This document shows, piece by piece, positions 55,804-63,773 of a DNA stretch of 64,000 nucleotides. The notes below the pieces were generated by a model. The model saw only the letters and a program-made list of their open reading frames with translations. It did not search any database and was not told where the DNA came from. The stretch comes from a virus. The position numbers were made by a program, and so were the translations under genes. The first letter of the stretch is position 1; every line of letters starts with the position of its first letter. The stretch is from IMG/VR virus record IMGVR_UViG_3300021399_000007, positions 5,874-69,873 of that record; one strand, 5' to 3'.

Positions 55804-56265
55804 ATGACTACCAACACCGCACTCCACATCAATCTGATTGACCGCTACAACGCAGTTGCTTATACCCATGAGTATGTATGGGGCTTCACCTACAAAAAAA
55901 ATGTCTATATGACAATCACCGACGCAACTGTGATGCCGTTCGTTACCTGCCTTGACAAGGCAAGCCGTGGTGCTGGATATGCACTTCGCTTCTGCCCCAA
56001 CACTCAGCAGAAAGTGGCCCTGCTTCCATATGCGACCCTCCTTTGCTCTGAAGCTTACTTCAATGAAGTAGTAGCCGACAGCAAGTACAATAAAGGCGAG
56101 ATTTTTGAAAAAATGGTCACCGAACATTTTGGACAGACCTGGGAAAAGGATAATGTTCCCTTTACTGAAGATGGTGATATCACAGTCGATGGTACTGCAT
56201 ATCAAATCAAGTTTCAGAAAGCCACCTTCTGTAACGAAAAGAGCATAGCCAACCTTGAAAAATAA
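55804..56265 (+). CDS. hypothetical accessory protein
   Basis: Promoter GTTGACAACCGGAGTAATAAGGCTTATAAT. RBS AAGGAAGGGGG. The track ORF starts earlier at 55744, inside the promoter. Confidence 0.5.
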   Translation: MTTNTALHINLIDRYNAVAYTHEYVWGFTYKKNVYMTITDATVMPFVTCLDKASRGAGYALRFCPNTQQKVALLPYATLLCSEAYFNEVVADSKYNKGEIFEKMVTEHFGQTWEKDNVPFTEDGDITVDGTAYQIKFQKATFCNEKSIANLEK

Positions 56266-56362
56266 GGTTGGCTATATAGCCCGGGCGCTTGAAAAAAAAT
56301 TTCATATTGACATTTTAAAAAAACTATTGTATAATGTATATAGAAAGTGAGGGAAGAACAAA

Positions 56363-56623
56363 ATGAAAACTTTTATATGTGCTTTTTTCTTGACTATTGC
56401 AGGAATCATCGGAACATGGGAATCTAAATATTCTAGACCCGTAATCTGCACATACTACGACCCCTGCACTAACATTTCCACTTTCACAGACAATAGCGGG
56501 AATGATTGGGAATGGGAAAATGGAAATGATGAGGTTTTTGAAATCGGAAAGTCCTATACTCTTATTATGGATGATAATCATTCTTCTTCTATTTATGACG
56601 ACCTCATTAAAAAAATAAAATAA
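56363..56623 (+). CDS. small secreted/membrane-anchored protein (N-terminal signal-like helix)
   Basis: Promoter TTGACATTTTAAAAAAACTATTGTATAAT. Hydrophobic N-terminus MKTFICAFFLTIAGIIG. Confidence 0.45.
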   Translation: MKTFICAFFLTIAGIIGTWESKYSRPVICTYYDPCTNISTFTDNSGNDWEWENGNDEVFEIGKSYTLIMDDNHSSSIYDDLIKKIK

Positions 56624-56698
56624 AAAATAAAAAACCTATTGACAAATTAAAAAAGAAAGCTTATAATAGATTTATCAAAAGAAAGGAAGAAAAAAATT

Positions 56699-56929
56699 AT
56701 GACGAACGTATCCTATGACATCTACCGCAACAATCAGAAAGTAAAAAATGTAACTACCTATGCCGAAGCGGTTGCTTCTGTTAAAGAGCTGGGCGGGCGC
56801 GGGACTTTCAAGACTGTTTACACTAGCTTCAACCCCGAAGACACCGCAGAAAAGCGTGAATATGCTCATTCTCACGCTCAGAAAGTACATGAAGCGCTGA
56901 AGCGTAAAGCAGGGGTTAAGAAACATTAA
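56699..56929 (+). CDS. hypothetical small protein
   Basis: Promoter TTGACAAATTAAAAAAGAAAGCTTATAAT. RBS AAGGAAG. Confidence 0.45.
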   Translation: MTNVSYDIYRNNQKVKNVTTYAEAVASVKELGGRGTFKTVYTSFNPEDTAEKREYAHSHAQKVHEALKRKAGVKKH

Positions 56930-56976
56930 CCCCTGCACCCCCACAAATAAGAGTATAATAGAAAGGAAGTAAAAAA

Positions 56977-57198
56977 ATGAAAGTATCTATTAACTATTCA
57001 ATTCCTGTTTCAGCGGTTATTGTTTTTGATGAAATTTTTCGTTGTTCTGAACTGACTGACAGCTCTTATCCCCTGCAGAGATACATTGATAAAGCTGAAG
57101 AACTTATGCATATGTACGGTTTTGAATGGGCAGATATCATTGATGATGATGACGGTACTGTGATTGCTCAAATTGAAAGAGAGGACGATGATGAATGA
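56977..57198 (+). CDS. hypothetical small acidic protein
   Basis: RBS GAAAGGAAG. Co-transcribed with 56699. Terminator GACCGAGGTTTACATGACCTCGGTC. Confidence 0.4.
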   Translation: MKVSINYSIPVSAVIVFDEIFRCSELTDSSYPLQRYIDKAEELMHMYGFEWADIIDDDDGTVIAQIEREDDDE

Positions 57199-57394
57199 TA
57201 CTAATGGTATTGTTGATGATGACAGCGGCCTTCCTTATAGTTTTACTGAATGATGATGGCCCAAATAGACCGAGGTTTACATGACCTCGGTCATTTTTCG
57301 CCCGGGCCGCATGTTAAAAAAATAACTAACAAAGACCGCTTGACATTCTTCTATTGTTTTGATATAATCATTATCAGAAAGGGGATGTAACATA

Positions 57395-57886
57395 ATGAAA
57401 TTTTTAAATGAAGATTTACTTATTTCCTTGGTAGATGATTTTCTTAAGCCTTTTGGTCTTGATTCAGATTTTGATTCCGATTTTTCTTATGACCCTGACG
57501 ATGAGAGAGTTTATTTTTCAATCGCAGTTTCTGAAAGAGCAGATAGACTTTTCAAACAATATGTGCTTTCACATTTCCATTTTAAAATTTCCAACATTTT
57601 CATGATTTCTCTTTTGCATGAGGTTGGACATGCTTTCACCCTTGGAAATTTTTCTAAAATGGAAATCAAAACTGACCACTTTGAAAAAGAAACCATCGAA
57701 GAAATGCTTGATGCGGATGACTCCGATGACATTTATTCTTTATATTTTGATTTGAAAATCGAAAAGGTTGCTACTGAATGGGCGGTCAACTACTACAAAG
57801 AAAACACCAAACGCTGCGAAGATTTTTATTCAAAGTTTGTAAATGCCCTTAGAACGGAATATAAAAGGCTGGGAGTGACTGAGTAA
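57395..57886 (+). CDS. Putative HExxH zinc metallopeptidase-like protein
   Basis: LLHEVGHAF motif. Promoter CTTGACATTCTTCTATTGTTTTGATATAAT. Confidence 0.45.
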   Translation: MKFLNEDLLISLVDDFLKPFGLDSDFDSDFSYDPDDERVYFSIAVSERADRLFKQYVLSHFHFKISNIFMISLLHEVGHAFTLGNFSKMEIKTDHFEKETIEEMLDADDSDDIYSLYFDLKIEKVATEWAVNYYKENTKRCEDFYSKFVNALRTEYKRLGVTE

Positions 57887-57998
57887 GTCACCCCTAACCG
57901 CCCGGGCAGCGAGATTGTTAAAAAAATAACTTTTAAAATGGTATTGACATTTGTTCCTTTGTGTGGTATAGTATAACCATGAAAGAGAGGTAAACAAA

Positions 57999-58340
57999 AT
58001 GGCTCGTAAAATTTTCTTCGCAAGAGATTGGGACAAAGTTGGTAGAAATTATTATGAAATTTATACCACTGTTTGTATGGGATATACTTTTACTGTTGGA
58101 AAAGGAATTGAAAGAGACCCGAACTTTTCTATCTTTTATGTAACTAATGATGGACAGCATGACCATTATGAAATCCTTAATGTTTACATTACTGCAGGCG
58201 ATACCATCGAAGATACACAGAAAGGCGTTCTTACTACTCTCAAAAGAGAAATGAAAAGAGTTATTCAAAGAGGGTTGACAACTCGTGTAAAAAGTGGTAT
58301 GCTTACTATAGAACAGATAGAAAGGTGGGTAACAAAATGA
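57999..58340 (+). CDS. hypothetical accessory protein
   Basis: Promoter TTGACATTTGTTCCTTTGTGTGGTATAGTAT. RBS AGAGAGG. Confidence 0.45.
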   Translation: MARKIFFARDWDKVGRNYYEIYTTVCMGYTFTVGKGIERDPNFSIFYVTNDGQHDHYEILNVYITAGDTIEDTQKGVLTTLKREMKRVIQRGLTTRVKSGMLTIEQIERWVTK

Positions 58341-58475
58341 CAAATTTAAAAGATTTTATGTTATTTCAAATAGGCTCCTATCAAGTTATGGGATTATTCA
58401 GTAAAAAAGCTGATACGAAACTCAAACGTATTTTACATTATTTGCCTGTATTGATTATTAAGAAAGGATAACAAA

Positions 58476-58721
58476 ATGTATAAACTCTATTCAAGAATAA
58501 GTGACCATGAAACAATCCTTGAACTGTGGGGCGCATCAACCAAACATCCTGATAGCGTGTTTTTCTTTTCAGAATTTGAACCAAGCCCATGGTTTGACAG
58601 AGCCGACCAAATTGTTCCTTGGCTTCTGGAGTGCGCAAGCAAGATGAACTGGCCTATCCATTCTTACGAACTGGCAAAATGGGCGTGCATGATTTACGAG
58701 TCATGGCGCGGTTGGAATTAA
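58476..58721 (+). CDS. hypothetical accessory protein
   Basis: RBS AAGGA. Same operon as 57999. Confidence 0.45.
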   Translation: MYKLYSRISDHETILELWGASTKHPDSVFFFSEFEPSPWFDRADQIVPWLLECASKMNWPIHSYELAKWACMIYESWRGWN

Positions 58722-58737
58722 TGAAAGGAGATACATC

Positions 58738-58869
58738 ATGCAGGAACTTTTCGATCTTTTCTATCTCTATGATTACATGGTTATGCACACTGTTGATGAA
58801 GAACATGAGGAATACATACACCTGCGTCGTTACGTTGCAAAGCTGATTGAGGGGTTGGGGGCTGAGTAA
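58738..58869 (+). CDS. small protein (43 aa)
   Basis: RBS AAAGGAG. Ends inside a terminator hairpin GGGGCTGAGTAAGTCCCC. Confidence 0.3.
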   Translation: MQELFDLFYLYDYMVMHTVDEEHEEYIHLRRYVAKLIEGLGAE

Positions 58870-59170
58870 GTCCCCACTAACTTTGCCCGGGCGGCCCGTC
58901 GATTTATACAAAAGGATCCATATTTTCAATTTGATTTTTGTGCAACATTACGTCTTTACAAATCAAGAAACCTTTGCTATAATCTAGTTACAAGGTGAGG
59001 GAAACAAAAAGCCCTCAAAACTCAAAAGGGTTAGACAACAAGGCGCGCTGAGTCTAGCTTTTGGATTGAAAGGAGACAAGCAAAATGAGAATGCCGAGAG
59101 ATTGGATTTAATCCCTTTGGCTGAGTAGGAATGCCACTGTATGATTTGTAAAAAATAAAAATAAAAAACC

Positions 59171-59400
59171 TCTTGACAAATAGGGCGACTTGTGGTATAA
59201 TCTAATCACAGGTTAAGAAAGGAGATAGATAAGCCCATGATGAAAATTAAGAAATGAGCGCTTAGACTTGGGCATGGAGCGCTATGACATAAATTAAAAG
59301 GACTTGTCCATGGTAGCGGTGGATTGGCCACCCACCGAACTACCGAAACTTAAAAAAATTTTTTTAAAAAAAGCTTGACAACTGAATAAGGAACTGATAT
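59171..59400 (+). repeat. Leader module copy A (promoter, mini-ORF MMKIKK, two conserved hairpins, second promoter) upstream of wHTH paralogue 59444
   Basis: Homologous to 62491..62760. Conserved segments are AGCGCTATGACATAAA and GGTGGATTGGCCACCCACCG. Hairpin 1 shows compensatory changes (GCGCT/AGCGC versus GCGTT/AACGC). Confidence 0.5.
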
Positions 59401-59443
59401 AATAAAATCATCAAAAAGATAAACAAATCATTTAAAAAAGGAG

Positions 59444-59824
59444 ATGTATACTATGACAAAACTTACCTACGCTATGGCTATCGACTTCGCAACCGCAATC
59501 ATCACCAATGGAACTGCTGATTTCAACGGCTTCTCCGCTGATGAGTACCTTGAGAAGCTGGAGTCCCTCAAGGCTTCCCTTGCAAGACGCAACGGAAGTG
59601 AGAGAAAACCCACCAAGACCCAGCAGGCAAATGAGGGTCTGAAAGAAGATATGTGGGCTTACGTTTCTGAGAATGGTGCAAAGCGTGCCAATGAGGTCGC
59701 TGAACACTTCGCTATCAGCGGTCAGAAGGCTTCGGCTCTGCTGAACGCACTGGTCAAGGAAGGTCGCCTTGACAAGTTCACCGAGAAGCGTGTGACCTAC
59801 TTCAGGGTTGCTGAGGGGATGTAA
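59444..59824 (+). CDS. KPTKTQ-motif winged-helix-like small protein, paralogue A
   Basis: Shares the KPTKTQ..N(D/E)G(F/L)K motif and a C-terminal wHTH-like segment with 62777 and 63774. Promoter CTTGACAACTGAATAAGGAACTGATATAAT. Confidence 0.5.
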   Translation: MYTMTKLTYAMAIDFATAIITNGTADFNGFSADEYLEKLESLKASLARRNGSERKPTKTQQANEGLKEDMWAYVSENGAKRANEVAEHFAISGQKASALLNALVKEGRLDKFTEKRVTYFRVAEGM

Positions 59825-59995
59825 TCCCCTCACCGCTACCCCCAAGCGTGCCGAATCGTGATTGAAATAAATCCGTAGATTGAGGACGCTTGGGGGCGCG
59901 CCCGGGTACTCGTTAAAAAAATAACTTTCAAAAAGGGATTGACATCTCAATAGAAAAGGATTATAATGTAATCACAAAAAGAAAGGAGACAAAAA

Positions 59996-60199
59996 ATGAT
60001 TGCAGTTTTAAGATGGACAGATGGTTTTGGCCATGACACTTATGTAAAGGCAATTTATCCTACTCTTGAACAAGCAAAACAGTATTTTTCAGAGGGGGAC
60101 CGTTGGGTAGAATTTAATTATGGACTTGTTGATTTTGATTGGTATGAAGCCAATGAGTTCAGAGAAATAAAACATAGAAAAAAGAAGAAAAAGACTTGA
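59996..60199 (+). CDS. hypothetical small protein
   Basis: Promoter ATTGACATCTCAATAGAAAAGGATTATAAT. RBS AAAGGAG. Confidence 0.4.
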   Translation: MIAVLRWTDGFGHDTYVKAIYPTLEQAKQYFSEGDRWVEFNYGLVDFDWYEANEFREIKHRKKKKKT

Positions 60200-60253
60200 C
60201 AAATCTTTTAAAGTATGTCATAATCAAATCATCAAAAAAAAGAGGTAAACACC

Positions 60254-60553
60254 ATGAAGATTAATTACAAAGAAGTCACCATTACCACCACTTGCCCCTT
60301 CTGCGGACATATTAACGAAGTAGCGGTCAACAAATCCGATTACTGGGAGTGGCAGAACGGCGCACTTGTTCAGGATGCGTTCCCCTATCTCACAGCTGAT
60401 GAGCGTGAGACACTTGTGAGTGGCATCTGCCCCGCTTGTTGGGACAGAATGTTCAGCTTTCCCAATGATGAGGAAGATGATGAACTTTTTGACGACTGCG
60501 ATTATGAAATGGGTTTTGATCCCTATCTTGGGTGTTTTTCAGATGACTGCTGA
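60254..60553 (+). CDS. small Zn-ribbon protein
   Basis: CPFCGH...CPACW. Promoter CTTGACAAATCTTTTAAAGTATGTCATAAT. Confidence 0.45.
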   Translation: MKINYKEVTITTTCPFCGHINEVAVNKSDYWEWQNGALVQDAFPYLTADERETLVSGICPACWDRMFSFPNDEEDDELFDDCDYEMGFDPYLGCFSDDC

Positions 60554-60874
60554 GGTCATCTGACCCACCCGGGCGCCCGTTAACAATTCTGTAACAAAAT
60601 TAATAAATTGTTAAATTGACAAAATAAAAAAGATTTATTATAATTGTTACAGAAAGAGAGGTAAAAAGCTATGAAGAACACTTGGAAAATGGAAACATCT
60701 AAGGATTTTACCGCATGGGATTTAAATTGCCGAAATGTAGTCCCCCACAAAAAGCATCACAATGAACTTGAAAAAAAATTAAAAAGAAAAAATCGTAGAA
60801 AAGTAAAAATGACGCTTGACATTCTTTTTAAGTGATGCTATAATACAATTACAAAAAGAAAGGGGAATAAAAAA

Positions 60875-61312
60875 ATGACGATTTGGTTTGACATGGATGG
60901 AACAATTGCTAATCTCTACGGAGTTCAAAACTGGCTTGACTATCTGATGGCAAGCGACCCCACCCCTTACGCAATCGCTAAACCGCTTCTGAGACTGAAC
61001 GCACTGGCAAGAGTTCTAAATAATCTTCAGCGCAAGGGTTACAAAGTCGGAGTCATCAGCTGGCTTGCTAAAAACAGCACCGCCGACTATGACGAAGCGG
61101 TCACCAAAGCAAAGATTGATTGGTTGACTAAACATCTTGCAAGCGTTACTTTCGATGAAATCAACATCGTAAGATACGGAACTCCAAAACATCTGTTCGC
61201 TACCTGCGAAGCCGACATTCTTTTCGATGATGAGGAAAAGAACCGCAACGAATGGACAGGAAAAGCGTTCGATGTGAATAACATTCTTGAAGTGCTGAAG
61301 GGACTGGATTAA
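60875..61312 (+). CDS. HAD-superfamily phosphatase, paralogue 2 (GC-richer codon usage than paralogue 1)
   Basis: WFDMDGTIAN and DILFDDEE motifs. Collinear with 53990..54430 at the protein level. Terminator GGACTGGATTAATCCAGTCC. Confidence 0.6.
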   Translation: MTIWFDMDGTIANLYGVQNWLDYLMASDPTPYAIAKPLLRLNALARVLNNLQRKGYKVGVISWLAKNSTADYDEAVTKAKIDWLTKHLASVTFDEINIVRYGTPKHLFATCEADILFDDEEKNRNEWTGKAFDVNNILEVLKGLD

Positions 61313-61419
61313 TCCAGTCCCAAATTTTTTGGCCCGGGCGCCCATTTTTTTCATTAAACCCCTTGACAAATCAAAGAATATCAATTATAATTGATTTATC
61401 AAAAGAAAGGAGCAAAAAA

Positions 61420-61791
61420 ATGAAAACTGCAAAATTATCTCTTTTAATATTATTTTTCCTCTTTGCTATTGTTATTATTTCATCCTCTGCGACTGCCGCC
61501 AAAAACGATTTAAAAATCATTAAAACTCTTTGCAAAAATAGACCATTTAAAGTGGTTTCCCACAAAGACTACAAAAAAATAACTCACAGGAAAAACAAAC
61601 CTTACATAATAGTTGTAAAAATCATTTCCCGCTCAAAAGGAAACTATGGTTTTACAAAAGAAGGATATTACATTTCCTATAACAAAAGAGTCAAAGTAGG
61701 AAAAAAGGTTACTAGTTACCTTATTTATAATCCAAAAAACAATAGTCATGATGATGTGCTATGGGTTGTAGATAATGGGAAATATAAATAA
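61420..61791 (+). CDS. small secreted protein (signal peptide)
   Basis: MKTAKLSLLILFFLFAIVIISSSATAA. RBS AAAGGAG. The track start at 61363 lies within the promoter CTTGACAAATCAAAGAATATCAATTATAAT. Confidence 0.45.
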   Translation: MKTAKLSLLILFFLFAIVIISSSATAAKNDLKIIKTLCKNRPFKVVSHKDYKKITHRKNKPYIIVVKIISRSKGNYGFTKEGYYISYNKRVKVGKKVTSYLIYNPKNNSHDDVLWVVDNGKYK

Positions 61792-61846
61792 AAAACATGT
61801 TGACTTTTTTCTTAATCAATGATATAATCTAATCAAGAAAGGAGAG

Positions 61847-62188
61847 ATGAACATGACAAACAAAGATAAACTGATTGAAAAAATCATGAGAGAATGTGAA
61901 CAGGAAGGCGAGCCTGTTACAAGAGAAGAAGCTGAAGAAATGGCGGAGATGGAAATCAAAGCCAATGGCATCAAGCGGTATGAACAGTCCGATAAACCGC
62001 GGAAGGCCACCAAAAAAGAGCGGAAGGTGGATACCACAAAGAAACGCCTGCTGATGGATTGCAAGGTGCTTCTTGAAGGTCTTGGCGCTGAGGTTCTCAA
62101 TGTGAAAACTGAGACCGAAGTCACTTTCAACTTTGAGGGCGAAGAGTATAGCCTGAAACTGGTCAAGCATCGCCCCAAGAAGGAATAA
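61847..62188 (+). CDS. hypothetical basic/acidic small protein
   Basis: Promoter GTTGACTTTTTTTCTTAATCAATGATATAAT. RBS AAGGAGAG. Terminator GGCAGAGGATTTTTCCTCTGTC. Confidence 0.45.
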   Translation: MNMTNKDKLIEKIMRECEQEGEPVTREEAEEMAEMEIKANGIKRYEQSDKPRKATKKERKVDTTKKRLLMDCKVLLEGLGAEVLNVKTETEVTFNFEGEEYSLKLVKHRPKKE

Positions 62189-62490
62189 AAACAAGGCAGA
62201 GGATTTTTCCTCTGTCTTTTCCAGCGGGGCGCGAGCCTTCGGTTCGCGCCGAAATTTCCATTGTACCACACCCCGCACTTTTTGTCAAGCAAAATCTGCA
62301 AAAAAACTACACAAAATTATATCCCAAAATTAGTGCAACATTCCGATGTTGACTTTCTAAAAAACTTATATTATAATATGTTTACAAGGTAAGGGAAGGG
62401 CAACACAATCGAGTAGGATGGTCGGCAGAGCCTAGCGCCTTCTGATTATTTGAATAGACAGATAGCCACTTCAAAAAAAATAAAAAAACT

Positions 62491-62760
62491 TGTTGACAAA
62501 TAAAAAATCTTATGTTATAATAAGTACATAAGATAAAGAAAGGATTGATACAGCTGATGAGACTTAGGATGTAAGCGTTGGGGCGCAAACGCTATGACAT
62601 AAAAGAGGCGCAGGGGTAGATACGCGGACGCGGACAGAGTGAGAAAGGCGGTGGAATTGGCCACCCACCGCTCCCCGAAAAGTTTTTAAAAAAAGCTTGA
62701 CAACTAAATGAGGAACTGTTATAATAAGCACATAAGAAAACAAAACACCACTTAATCAAG
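62491..62760 (+). repeat. Leader module copy B (promoter, mini-ORF MRLRM, two hairpins, second promoter) upstream of paralogue 62777
   Basis: See copy A at 59171..59400. P-b TTGACAAATAAAAAATCTTATGTTATAAT. P-c CTTGACAACTAAATGAGGAACTGTTATAAT. Confidence 0.5.
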
Positions 62761-62776
62761 AAAGGAAGTATCTACC

Positions 62777-63136
62777 ATGACGAAGAGAGAAATGTTCACC
62801 AAAATCCGCACTGCTGTTGCTAACGATGCTGAGATGGTCGCCTTCATTGACCACGAAATCGAGTTGCTGAACCGCAAGTCCGCAACCCCGAAGAAACCCA
62901 CCAAGACGCAGGTGGAAAACGATGGTTTCAAGGCTGAAATCCTTGAAACGTTGGCTCAGGTCGATGCGCCTGTGACCATCAAGGAACTGTGCGGTGCCTG
63001 TGAAGCTCTCGCAGGTCTTTCCAATCAGCGTGTGACTCACATGCTGACTGACCTCCGCAAGGATGGCAAGGTTGCTCGGTCCTATGTTAAGAAGGTTGCC
63101 TACTTCGCTCTTGGTTCTGAGGACGAGGTAGAGTAA
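62777..63136 (+). CDS. KPTKTQ-motif winged-helix-like small protein, paralogue B
   Basis: MTKREMFTKIRTAVANDAEMVAFIDHEIELL...KPTKTQVENDGFKAEI is near-identical in its N-terminal half to 63774. Confidence 0.5.
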   Translation: MTKREMFTKIRTAVANDAEMVAFIDHEIELLNRKSATPKKPTKTQVENDGFKAEILETLAQVDAPVTIKELCGACEALAGLSNQRVTHMLTDLRKDGKVARSYVKKVAYFALGSEDEVE

Positions 63137-63773
63137 GAAAAAGGGTTTGCGGTTATCCCTTAAAACCGCATTTTATGGGGGATTTATAGTGAAGCCTGAG
63201 GTGACAAGTAGTTGCGTAATAGCCCTTGTGTAATTCCTGGGAAGATGTGGTGCAAGTCCCATTCCCCCAACTCTACTGACAATATTCGTTCCTCCTTTCT
63301 TTGAAAAGACACCATCTTTTTAGATGGTGTCTTTTTCATTTGGCGCCACGCGACCGGTCGGCCGCGGGGCGAAACTTCCATTATATCATACTCTGGGCTT
63401 TTTGTCAAGTGAAAATCTGCACAAACATCTCGCCGCAAAATTCCCAAAATTAGTGCAATATTCCGACATTGACTTTTTCAAAAAAATTTATTATAATATA
63501 TTTACAAGGTAAGGGAAGTCAACCGCTAAAAAAACTTAAAAAGTTAAAAAAAGTTCTTGACAAAACAAAAGCCTTGTGCTATAATAATCTTGTTGGGTGG
63601 TAGAAGCAACATAAAATAAAAGATACCCGTGGAGTTGATGGTACGATAGTCTCCGAAAAAAAACCATCAAAAAATTAAAAAATCTATTGACAAATCAAAA
63701 ATCTTATGTTAAAATAAGTACATAAGATAAAACAAAAACAAATCAATCAATCAAAAGAAAGAGGTGTTTATTA

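Noticed and set aside
55801-56205. Minus-strand ORF 55801..56205
   Set aside because: Antisense to the promoter-driven plus gene 55804..56265.
59432-59950. Minus-strand ORF 59432..59950 (172 aa)
   Set aside because: Antisense to paralogue A (59444..59824), which has a promoter, RBS, terminator and two paralogues. A GC-richer region gives long antisense ORFs by chance.
61816-63040. Minus-strand ORFs 61816..62301, 61829..62278 and 62756..63040
   Set aside because: Antisense to plus genes 61847..62188 and 62777..63136, which have RBS/promoter support and paralogy.
63184-63512. ORFs 63184..63447 (-) and 63324..63512 (+)
   Set aside because: They lie in the repeated intergenic/promoter region (copy of 62215-62400). 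Only the last ~32 codons of the minus ORF have an RBS (AAAGGAGG + TTG), which is too weak to call a gene.
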